The notes under the pieces are model-generated. The model saw only the letters and a list, made by a program, of their open reading frames with translations. It ran no database searches and was not told the DNA's origin. This document shows, in pieces, positions 28,052 through 37,636 of a DNA stretch of 64,000 nt. The position numbers were made by a program, and so were the translations under genes. The DNA is from Octopus vulgaris (taxonomy: Eukaryota). Position 1 is the first letter of the stretch. Each line of letters begins with the position of its first letter. The stretch is taken from assembly GCA_951406725.2 (NCBI GenBank), contig OX597814.1, positions 189,720,001 through 189,784,000 of the forward strand, given 5' to 3'.

Positions 28052-28260
28052 AAAGGAATTTTGTAGAATCTTCGTTCAGCTCCATTTCTTCCCTTCACTA
28101 AATATATAAAACTTCAATTATCTGCGCTAAGGCACGGTGGCGACACCCCATGGTCGTAACCTCAACCGTGTTTTTTCTGTTGTGATTTTTGCTACCCAGG
28201 TATTGGTTAAATTTTGAATAATCCGTAACAAGATAATTCATTTATCCATTTCAATAAATA
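28050..28260 (+). mobile_element. Older diverged 3' end of the same PLE family, inserted tail-to-tail at the same (TA)n
   Basis: Diverged reverse complement of 28280-28470 (GTTCAGCTCCATTTCTTC, GCACGGT..ACCGTG, GTGATTTTTGCTAC, GGTATTGGTTAAA). Confidence 0.8.
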
Positions 28261-28490
28261 TATATATATATATATATATTATGTGAAATAGAAAGATGAA
28301 TAATCTTGTAGTAGATTAATCAAAAGTTTAACCGATACCTTAGTAGCAAAAATCACAGCAGTAAAACAGCACGGTTGGAGGTACAACCATATGGTGTTGC
28401 AACCGTGCGTTGGTGCGGATAATTGAAATTAGAACATTATTGGTGAATTGAAGAAATGGAGCTGAACGCAGATTGAACAGAAATCGTTTT

Positions 28491-28582
28491 ATTTCATTCT
28501 ACACGTGTTTCGAAAGGCACAAATTACCAAAATCCGATGGAATAATGGGACCATATTGTGTCTTTCTCTTCAGGAAGAAAAT
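28491..28582 (-). ncRNA. Type I hammerhead ribozyme (left arm)
   Basis: Reverse complement of 30645-30736. Confidence 0.8.
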
Positions 28583-29105
28583 AGGAAATCCGTTGGAAAA
28601 ACAAAAACAGAACAGAGGCGGAGCAAAAACAAATCGAACTATGCTCCTAAGAGCCCATGGCGAAACTGTTTATCAGTGTATGTTGAGAACCGGTGGCTGA
28701 AGAATTCAACGGGTCAGGCATCGGTCAATCATGTGGGTGAGGGGGCGTAGATGTTCTTTGTGACCGAGAATAAAGTTCTGACTATTTAAGGAATATTGGA
28801 TGTTTTATAAGGGGCGAGAAAAAATCTACTTAGAGACGTGTGTGTGTGTATACTGTTCTATATACGTGTGTGTTGGCGTAGGGGTAGAAAACATTTTTTG
28901 TGTACGTGTGTGCGTTTGATCGTTCGGCTGTCAGTGGCTACTGCCGTGATGACCGTTGGGTGGCAGAAAAAAAATATACATCATGTTTTATGTGTGTGTG
29001 TGTTCTCATCTAAACCTGCCTTGTCAAGGAAACCCCCCGCTGTGATAAAACCAAGCCCCGTTTGTAATCCCCTTTGGTAAGCAGATTAGAACTAACCTCC
29101 CCCTC

Positions 29106-30059
29106 ATGTTTAGACAAGCCATCGCCAATAACTTCCCCAGAAATTCCAAATATTACTCCACGGTTAACTCGCATAAAGTTAGGATAGCTTTCTCCAACAC
29201 TAAAAACCTCGCCCAGATAATCGCCTCCCATAATAATAGGCTACTTACTAAGACCCTATCACCTTTTTCCGGAGGCACAGCCTCTTCCGCTCCCGGTTTA
29301 ATGCTCAGTAGGAATAATTATAGTAGTAATAATGATATGAGAGCCAGTACAGTGACACATAATCTCAGCTCCAGCCAGGGAGTACCCACTAGGGGTATAG
29401 TTATAAATAGGGGTGTTGTGGTTGACGGTAACAATGGGAGTAGGGTAGAGAGCCCCAATAGCATCCCCAGCATCATTTCCCGCAATAGCAGCACCACGGG
29501 CAGTAGCAATGACAGCACTTTGATAGATAGTGGAGAATCAGGGGTTATTCCTATAGTTAATAGTGACGTAGTGGAAAATAGAGTAGTAAGCGGCTGCAGG
29601 TCTCGGAACGAATATAGTGACAGGAACGCAGTTCTAATTTCAGAAACTAATCCTAGCAGAATTAGATTCACGTCGGCGAACTCCAAGATCAAAAACGCCG
29701 TCTACCAATGCAAGGTTTACACGGACTCAGATGTCTTCACTTATGTAGGGGCCTCATCCTCAAGATTGTCTTTGCGTGTCTCCAACCATTACGCAACTTT
29801 TCGGGACATGAACAAGCGCCAGACCACGGGACTCAGTAAGCTAATATGGCGACTGAAGGATACGAACTTAGGCTACAGGCTGGAATGGTCAATTTTGTCG
29901 GTGGCCCTCCCATTTGATAGGGGCAGAAGGCAGTGCAACCTTTGTGTCTCCGAACTCTTCCATATTTTGTTTGCCAGAGGCCGGATGGTAAACGGGCTTT
30001 TACAGTCGGCTTTTCGATGCCCCCATTGGCGGCGTTACACTTATCTGGCTTTTAAATAG
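29106..30059 (+). CDS. PLE C-terminal part: RT thumb remnant, Ser/Asn-rich linker and GIY-YIG endonuclease
   Basis: FVIPFGKQIRTNLPLMFRQAIANNFP...KVRIAFSNTKNLAQIIASHN (thumb-like; frame open from the arm junction at ~29061). NAVYQC...TYVGASSSRLSLRVSNH...LSKLIW...QCNLCVSE...MVN...CPH is a GIY-YIG with a C-terminal CxxC/CxH. Confidence 0.88.
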   Translation: MFRQAIANNFPRNSKYYSTVNSHKVRIAFSNTKNLAQIIASHNNRLLTKTLSPFSGGTASSAPGLMLSRNNYSSNNDMRASTVTHNLSSSQGVPTRGIVINRGVVVDGNNGSRVESPNSIPSIISRNSSTTGSSNDSTLIDSGESGVIPIVNSDVVENRVVSGCRSRNEYSDRNAVLISETNPSRIRFTSANSKIKNAVYQCKVYTDSDVFTYVGASSSRLSLRVSNHYATFRDMNKRQTTGLSKLIWRLKDTNLGYRLEWSILSVALPFDRGRRQCNLCVSELFHILFARGRMVNGLLQSAFRCPHWRRYTYLAFK

Positions 30060-30644
30060 CGTTTATAAATAATACCGGCACCCATAGCCCTTGGTAACAA
30101 ATTCTGAAATAGCCTTTAAGATATCTACGATTAACCACTGCAAGGGGAATTACTCCTGTAAGACAAACGGGGCTTGGTTTTATCACAGCGGGGGGTTTCC
30201 TTGACAAGGCAGGTTTAGATGAGAACACACACACACATAAAACATGATGTATATTTTTTTTCTGCCACCCAACGGTCATCACGGCAGTAGCCACTGACAG
30301 CCGAACGATCAAACGCACACACGTACACAAAAAATGTTTTCTACCCCTACGCCAACACACACGTATATAGAACAGTATACACACACACACGTCTCTAAGT
30401 AGATTTTTTCTCGCCCCTTATAAAACATCCAATATTCCTTAAATAGTCAGAACTTTATTCTCGGTCACAAAGAACATCTACGCCCCTCACCCACATGATT
30501 GACCGATGCCTGACCCGTTGAATTCTTCAGCCACCGGTTCTCAACATACACTGATAAACAGTTTCGCCATGGGCTCTTAGGAGCATAGTTCGATTTGTTT
30601 TTGCTCCGCCTCTGTTCTGTTTTTGTTTTTCCAACGGATTTCCT

Positions 30645-30736
30645 ATTTTCTTCCTGAAGAGAAAGACACAATATGGTCCCATTATTCCATCGGATTTTGG
30701 TAATTTGTGCCTTTCGAAACACGTGTAGAATGAAAT
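30645..30736 (+). ncRNA. Type I hammerhead ribozyme (right arm)
   Basis: UUC-CUGAAGA-GAAAGACACAA...UUGUGCCUUUC-GAAAC-ACGU-GUA-GAA: canonical core, extended stem II, palindromic stem III loop. Confidence 0.8.
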
Positions 30737-30783
30737 AAAACGATTTCTGTTCAATCTGCGTTCAGCTCCATTTCTTCAATTCA

Positions 30784-30827
<44 letters not shown>

Positions 30828-30831
<4 letters not shown>

Positions 30832-30945
30832 CAACAATTTAGGGTAAAATTAATTAGCTATTAATCAATTTCACCAAGTATTCAGTATGTAAAGGGACCA
30901 TTTAAGGCGAATTCAAAATATTACATTGTATAAAAGCCCTTTTAT

Positions 30946-30950
<5 letters not shown>
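30828..30950 (-). mobile_element. PLE-type terminal fragment between (TA)n tracts
   Basis: AGGGTAAAATTAATT...AATTTCACCAAGTA...ATGTAAA matches the reverse complement of 53660-53722. Confidence 0.6.
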
Positions 30951-31006
<56 letters not shown>

Positions 31007-31051
31007 TAATATTATTTGCAATTGATTCTTGTCCTCATCTTGTTTGTTGTT

Positions 31052-31097
31052 AACACAGTTTTTCGGCTGATATACCCTCCAGCCTTCATCAGGTGTC
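31052..31097 (-). ncRNA. Minimal type I hammerhead motif, stem III degenerate
   Basis: GACAC-CUGAUGA-A-GGCUG GAGGGUAUAU CAGCC-GAAA-AACU-GUGUU. Confidence 0.6.
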
Positions 31098-31324
31098 TTG
31101 GGGGAATTTCGAACCTGGATTCTCATTCCTAAGATTTTTTCGTCGTCGTCGTTGTTGTTGTTGTTGTCCATTTGTATTATGTAGGTAGAGTTAGAGTCCC
31201 AGTTGTATCCTCTTGAAGCACACCTGCTTCTTCTAGTTTACCAGTTCCGCATGTAGATGTGAGGTATGCATAAGAGTTGAAAATTCTGCAAATATTATCT
31301 GCAGCGCAATTTATATATCAAATC

Positions 31325-31549
31325 GGGAGATTGGGAAATAATTTTTCTTCGTATTATTTATTCACCATTACATATGTTTCATTTGCTAATAGGAGTTACG
31401 AAATTGTATATATAGGATAACCATGTTAGGATTCCCCTATTAGAATTTCTCCAGACAAAGAACCAAATAAAACAAATTTACCAAAGCAGGAGATCGGAAG
31501 CATTTTTTCTTCGTATTATTTATTCACCATTACATCTGTTTCATTTGCT
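31325..31549 (+). repeat. Local ~162-bp tandem duplication; the second unit is split by the tRNA-SINE insert and resumes at 32101-32170
   Basis: TTTTTCTTCGTATTATTTATTCACCATTACAT.TGTTTCATTTGCT at ~31342 and ~31504. ATTTGCTA.TAGGA.TTACGAAATTGTA.ATATAGGATAA at 31381 and 32101. Confidence 0.85.
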
Positions 31550-31970
31550 CTTACTCTCTTTTACTCTTGTACTTCTTTCAGTCATTTGACTGTGGCCATG
31601 CTGGAGCACCGACTTTAGTCGAGCAAATCGACCCCAGGACTTATTCTTTGCAAGCCTAGTACTTATTCTATCGGTCTCTTTTGCCGAACCGCTAAGTTAC
31701 GGGGACGTAAACACACCAGCATCGGATGTCAAGCGATGTTGGGGGTGGGGGGACAAACACAAACACACAAACACACACACACATATATATATAATATATA
31801 TATACATATATACAACGGGCTTCTTTCAGTTTCCGTCAACCAAATCCACTCACAAGGCTTTGGTCGACTCGAGGCAATAGTAGAAGACACTTGCCCAAGG
31901 TGTCACGCAGTGGGACTGAACCCGGAACCATGTGGTTCGTAAGTAAACTACTTACCACACAGCCACTCCT
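31550..31970 (-). mobile_element. SINE family B, near full length, fused downstream of tRNA-Ile
   Basis: Minus strand starts AGGAGTGGCTGTGTGGTAAG and ends in the (AGAGTAA)n-like tail at 31550. Confidence 0.9.
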
Positions 31971-31981
31971 AAAAAAATAAA
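31971..31981 (-). terminator. Pol III oligo(T) terminator of the tRNA trailer
   Basis: GTGGTCTTTATTTTTTT follows the discriminator base on the minus strand. Confidence 0.75.
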
Positions 31982-31987
31982 GACCAC

Positions 31988-32100
31988 TGCCCCGGGTGAG
32001 GATCGAACTCACAACCTCCGCATTTCTTCAGACCTGTGAATTAACACAAAGAAGGTACTGTCTATAAGTACGGCGCGCTAACCGATTGTGCTACCGGGGC
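31988..32100 (-). tRNA. tRNA-Ile-TAT: tRNA-Ile(TAT) with a 39-nt intron (32024-32062); probably a retroposed copy
   Basis: GCCCCGG TA GCAC AATCGGTTA GCGC G CCGTA CT TAT A [intron] A TGCGG AGGTT GTGAG TTCGATC CTCAC CCGGGGC A. The mature cloverleaf is 74 nt, the intron sits at the canonical 37/38 position, and there is one D-stem mismatch. Confidence 0.93.
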
Positions 32101-32234
32101 ATTTGCTAGTAGGATTTACGAAATTGTACATATAGGATAAACATGTTAAGGTTGACCCACTTAGAAATTCAATAGTTTCTGCAGAATAGTCTTAATGGCA
32201 AAAATTTCAATTCCTTGACTGACATAATATAGAT

Positions 32235-32638
32235 ACTCTACTCTCTCTCTATTACTTGTTTCAGTCATTTGACTGCGGCCATACTGGAGCACCGCCTTTA
32301 GTCGAGCAAATCGACCCCGGGACTTATTCTTTGTAAGCCCAGTACTTATTCTATCGGTCTCTTTTTGCCGAACCGCTAAGTTACGGGGACGTAAACACAC
32401 CAGCATCGGTTGTCAAGCAATGCTAGGGGGACAAACACAGACACACAAACACACACACACATATATATACATACATATATACGACAGGCTTCTTTCAGTT
32501 TCCGTCTACCAAATCCACTCACAAGGCATTGGTCGGCCCGGGGCTATAGCAGAAGACACTTGCCCAAGATGCCACGCAGTGGGACTGAACCCGGAACCAT
32601 GTGGTTTGTTAGCAAGCTACTTACCACACAGCCACTCC
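32235..32638 (-). mobile_element. SINE family B, full length
   Basis: Same head, internal microsatellite and tail as 27269-27705. Confidence 0.9.
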
Positions 32639-32639
32639 G

Positions 32640-32826
32640 ACACCTTGATAAATTGATAAATTCTTTGCCATTCTGGGAAGAGGGTATTTTCAAGTTAAAG
32701 GAAAGATGGAGACGCATTGTGCAACAAAATGGTTCATATTTGGTTGATTAAAAATGTAATGGCAAGTATTTATTGACCTTTTTCTTTCCTTTAAAAGTCG
32801 GCACGAACTTTCCGGACAACCCAATA
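32640..32826 (+). mobile_element. Mariner 3' end fragment with TIR
   Basis: FWEEGIFKLKERWRRIVQQNGSYLVD* is a typical mariner C-terminus. It is followed by AACTTTCCGGACAACCCAA-TA. Confidence 0.85.
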
Positions 32827-33194
32827 TATTGCTACCGTCCGTAAAGTGAAATGTCATTGTGATTGTGCTTTCAGTCTTCAAATCTTGAAAGTTAATTGTA
32901 AATTCTCTCTGTCTCATCTGCATCGAATTATGGACCATATTAGTTTTTATCAAAAATTACTATTTCTGTCAATTTCTATTATCTTTGTTTCGCAATTATT
33001 ACCAAATATAAACTAATTAATGCTATTCTAGAACACTTTGTTCCGATGAGACCTGAAATGTCAAAACAATTCTGCTTGCAAATAATAAGAGATTAATGAT
33101 TATAGTTCGTACAAAGTTAAATACAAGGAAATAGATGTGGTATCTTCTGTTTAAGTAATGAATGTATGTACTAGAATAAAAAATATATATATCC

Positions 33195-33402
33195 TTTTTT
33201 TTCTACTCTAGGCAGAAGGGTCGAAAATTTCGGGGAAGGGGCCAATTGGTTAGATCAACCCCACTACGGAACTGGTACTTGATTTATCGACCCCGAAAGG
33301 AAAAGTCGACCTCGGCGGAATTTGAACTCGGAACGTAAATACAGACGAAATATCGCGAGGAATTTCGGTCGACGTGCTAACGTTTCTGCCAGCTCGCCGC
33401 CT
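33195..33402 (-). mobile_element. SINE family A (variant tail)
   Basis: AACTGGTAC...TATCGACCCCGAAAGG...GAATTTGAACTC...CCAGCTCGCCGCC. Confidence 0.85.
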
Positions 33403-33452
33403 TGCAAACGATATTATATTGAAGGCTAGACTTCTCACAAATGCGAAAAAGC

Positions 33453-33508
<56 letters not shown>

Positions 33509-33529
33509 ATGTGTGTGTGTGTGTGTGTA

Positions 33530-33772
33530 TATTCTTTTACATGTTTCGGTTATTTCACTGCGGCCATACTGCAGCACCGCCTTTAGTCGAACAAGACAAC
33601 CACAGGACTTATTCTTTGTAAGCCTAGTTCTCATTCTATCGCTCTCTTTTGGCCGAGCCGCTAAGAAACGGGGACGTAAACACACTAACATCGGTTGTCA
33701 AGTGATGGTGAAGGAACAGACACACACACAAATAAAAAAATACGTACACACACACACACACACATATATATA
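33530..33772 (-). mobile_element. SINE family B 3' half
   Basis: CTGCGGCCATACTGCAGCACCGCCTTTAGTCG...GGACGTAAACAC...CATCGGTTGTCAAG. Confidence 0.8.
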
Positions 33773-33850
33773 TAACGTGGAGAACAGAAAGAAAACCGTG
33801 TGTAAAAGGCGGATTACCTTCTCTCACTCCAAGCACTAAAGGTGTTAGAG

Positions 33851-33901
<51 letters not shown>

Positions 33902-35055
33902 CTGATTCCATCTTCCATCCTATCTCTAGAAATACAGCCACCAATTTTCTCTTCCTTGATTACAGATTTTTGCTCAGACATGAAGATCAGCTGCTCATGT
34001 ATCGTTAACATCGTTTGCTACATATACAGTTAACATTGCTAGTCAACATCGCATGCTACAGAAATGTATATATATAACTCGCCTACACAGATCCCAATTG
34101 CAATATCCACCCATTGTGCAATGGAGGATCCTCCTACTTGGTCAAAAGTTGTACTCTTTGGAGTTACTCTCATCACTCGATGGAACCTGAAAAGACTATA
34201 TGGACTTACCAGCCAATAGCTTGAAAGGATGATTTACACGGCACAAACACTCATTCAGGTGTGGAGAGAGGGAAATTTCGATCTCCCTCTTCTAGTTTAT
34301 ATGGAAATTCCAGAACTGATGAAACAATTTCAACAACATATCACAGACCATCCTTAGCATGGTACCTCTAACCTTTCCTCCATGAGAGACATCATATAAT
34401 GCAAGATCGTATAATATCTATTAACAGGAAAACAACCAGCCTTTAATTATGCTGCCATCAAAGAAACTCTCGGTTAATTAACTTCAAAACAACTGGCTAT
34501 TAATACCTCAAAATGATCAGCTAATTCTACTTCACCCATACGAAAATGGAGAAGAGAGAATCTGAGTGTACTCAAGGTGAAAGTATTCCTCTCTACATAT
34601 TTCATCAATGCTACTTACCATTACCAGCATCTAGCAAAATATACTGCTACTAAACACTTAGAAATATACTGCTACTAAACACTTAGAAACACTTAGAAAC
34701 CAAGGACTAGTCATTCGATAGTCTGATTACCTTACTACATGAAACAGCGTCAGGAGTTAAATATTTCCGTATGTCATCGCTGATTTGTGCAATTCTATGA
34801 GAAGTAAGAGTAACTGGCAACGCTAGTCCGTCTGTTCAGGCACATGCAACAAGTAATAAGAGCATCTGTTGCTGCTGTCCTGTCACCTTTACCACCAATT
34901 ATTCTCAACTTTGAACCTGAATTCATTTTCCTCTTCATCACTTTGGTCCCACATCTGACATTTAAAACGCTCAGATTTGTAAATACGCATCTATCAATCT
35001 ATCTATCTATTAATTAATCTATCTATATATACGTGTGTGTTTGTATGTATGTGTG

Positions 35056-35087
<32 letters not shown>

Positions 35088-35122
35088 AGTGTGCGTTGAT
35101 ATTTCGCTTAGACACAGCGTAT

Positions 35123-35237
35123 TAATAACCGGGTGTCGATACAATGCGCTTCAAAATCAGCATGATTCGAGTACATTCTAGCCATGTACTCGAATAACAC
35201 TGTTTTTGAAGCGCATTGTATCGACACCCGGTTATTA
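35123..35237. repeat. Near-perfect 115-bp palindrome (MITE-like foldback)
   Basis: 34-bp perfect arms TAATAACCGGGTGTCGATACAATGCGCTTCAAAA / TTTTGAAGCGCATTGTATCGACACCCGGTTATTA, plus inner ATTCGAGTACAT/ATGTACTCGAAT. Confidence 0.9.
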
Positions 35238-35543
35238 CATTGATTATATTTCTCAAAAGGGAACAGGAAATTAAGTAATGATATTCATTAGATTATAATT
35301 GTTTTTGCTCTGTGATGGAATACACTGACATACAGCTCTGTCGAAGCTATATACAAACACTCAGCTATGAGTGCATTGCATCTTATAGCAGTACCTGCTG
35401 TAGGCTGATGAAGTTCATGACATAATTTCTTCTCCCTTTATTATTTATATCATCTGATGTATGTATGTATGTATGTATGTATGTATGTATGTATGTATGT
35501 ATGTATGTATGTACGTATAAGAGAACAAAGTGTACGTACGTCG

Positions 35544-35604
<61 letters not shown>

Positions 35605-35608
<4 letters not shown>

Positions 35609-36122
35609 CTTGATCACCTTGACCGACCAGTCCGTCAGGCGTCTAGTTGATACCACTGGTCACAGCACGCTGTCCACTCCGCTCTAGATCGCACCTTTCT
35701 CACCCACGTGATCCTGAAATCGTAACTCCACCGTCGTGGAGGTCTTCCGGGTGGTCTTTTCCGCTCGCGCGGGTACCACTCGAAAATTGCGTGGGTCCAC
35801 CGATTATCGGTGAGCCGGGCGACGTGTCCAGCCCATCTATACTTGCTGCGTGTATACTCTGCGATGACATCTCTCACGCCGGACTTCTTTCTGATGATCT
35901 CGCTACTGATGTGCTCTCTCAACGAGATACCAAGCATTGACTTTTCCATGGCTCTTTGAGCCGTTACCAGTCTCTGTTCTTCTCTCTTTGTGGTAGCCCA
36001 TGTTTCACTACCATATAACATTGCAGGTAGAACTGTGTTGTTAATGAGGTTGGCGCGGGTGGTCCTGTCCAACCTTCCCTTGAGCGCATCTCTTATGCCA
36101 TTAAACGCCTTTCATCCGGCCC
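35605..36122 (-). mobile_element. RTE-clade LINE, 5'-truncated 3' end
   Basis: VLPAMLYGSETW...QRAMEKSMLGISL...RWAGHVARLTDNRWT...WYPRERKRPPGRPPRRW. A tandem tail (TCAAGGTGA)2 abuts (TA)n. Confidence 0.92.
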
Positions 36123-36857
36123 TTACTCTATATAGGGCCTTATTCGCCCTATATATATTTATATATATATATACATATAAATGGGACAAGAACGCAAAAC
36201 ATCCAGACAGCTAGGTGATACAAAAGGGGACAACAAAACATCCAGATAGACGATACAAAGAAACCAAGGACTAGTCATTCGAAGTTTCCTATCTTCAGTC
36301 AAGAACGAGATTATCCTCGCAATTTCAGCTGATTATCCTTGAGATTGCTCCAATCTGGCAAGCCCCAAGGAAAAACTAAGCTAAGAGCATTAGATTCCTT
36401 GGAAGAATGTACGTACGTACGTATGTATGTATGTATGTATGTATGTATGTATGTATGTATGTATGTATGTATGTATGTATGTATGTATGTATGTATGTAT
36501 GTGTTGCTAAACCTCAGTTTGTTCGAATTCAGATAATATGAATTTGACTTGGTTCACATTTTTTATGCTACGAAATTTTTTGCCTCATCAATCAATTTTC
36601 TTTTGGATGTCACTGTACATGTTCAAGTAAAATTGGTATTGTTGTTTTCTATAATCTACCGTTAGAAAATATGGAAAAAATTAAAATCGCATGTACCACA
36701 AAGATTCTGTTTCAAAAAAGTGAAGGGACCAAGTCTTACACTAAAGAAGAAATTTGATGCAAAAGCAAACTCTATAACCAACAAAAAATAATTAAAAAAC
36801 AAAGCATTTGTAGCATTGTCTGTACATTTTTTTGTCTTGTTATTATTATGAATTTAT

Positions 36858-37230
36858 TCTTTTACTTTTTTCAGTCATTTCACTGCGGCCATGCTGGAGC
36901 ACCACCTTAAAGGATTTTTAGTCGAACAAATCGACCTCAGGATTTGTTGTTTGTAAACTTAGTACTTATTCTAGCGGTCTCTTTTGCCAAACTGCTAAGT
37001 TACAGGGACGTAAGCACACCAACATCGGTTGTCATGTGATGATGGAAGGGGGCAAACACATACCAGTCATATATAAATATATACATATATATGACGGGCT
37101 TCTTTCAGTTTCTGCCTATCAAACCCATTCACAAGGCTTTGGATGGCCCGAGGTCATAGTAGAAGACACTTGCCCCAGGTGCCATGCAGTGGGACTGAAC
37201 CGAGAACTATATGGTCAGGAAAGCTAGCTT
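36858..37230 (-). mobile_element. SINE family B
   Basis: Tail CAGTCATTTCACTGCGGCCATGCTGGAGCACC through GCAGTGGGACTGAACC. The head is interrupted by the adjacent family A copy. Confidence 0.85.
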
Positions 37231-37232
37231 CT

Positions 37233-37636
37233 TATTTCATTATTGCCCACAAGGGCCTAAACATAGAAGGGGAAAACAAGGACAGACAAACGGATTAAGT
37301 TGATTACATCGACCCCAGTGCGTAACTGGTACTTAATTTATCGACCCCGAAAGGATGAAAGGCAAAGTCGACCTCTGCGGAATTTGAACTCAGAACGTAA
37401 CGGCAGACGAAATACCTATTTCTTTATTACCCACAAGGGGCTAAACACAGAGGAGACAAACAAGGACAGACATAGGTATTAAGTCGATTACATCGACCCC
37501 AGTGCGTAACTGGTACATCCGAAAGGATGAAAGGCAAAGTCGACCTCGGCGGAATTTGAACTCACAACGTAACGGCAGACGAAATACCGCTAAGCATTTC
37601 GCCCGGTGTGCTAACGCTTCTGCCAGCTCGCCGCCT
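37233..37636 (-). mobile_element. SINE family A partial dimer
   Basis: Two body-tail units with junction AAAGAAATAG|GTATTTCGTCTGCC. Confidence 0.9.

Larger units (their letters stand above)
28280..30789 (+). mobile_element. 5'-truncated Penelope-like element (Naiad-like) with inverted pseudo-LTRs, flanked by (TA)n on both sides
   Basis: Near-identical inverted arms 28438-29065 and 30163-30789 (I saw one 1-nt indel in a G run). Central GIY-YIG ORF, and an HHR in each arm. Confidence 0.9.

Noticed and set aside
28473-29080. Short ORFs duplicated in both inverted arms
   Set aside because: They are antisense to the element and overlap the HHR. The duplication reflects the repeat, not coding conservation.
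30060-30789. SECIS element or selenoprotein coding, as reported for some Naiad PLEs
   Set aside because: No in-frame TGA in the ORF and no convincing AUGA/AA/GA kink-turn stem seen by eye.
34090-34620. Possible highly decayed LINE RT (GVERG..SP-like)
   Set aside because: Too degenerate to support without a profile search.
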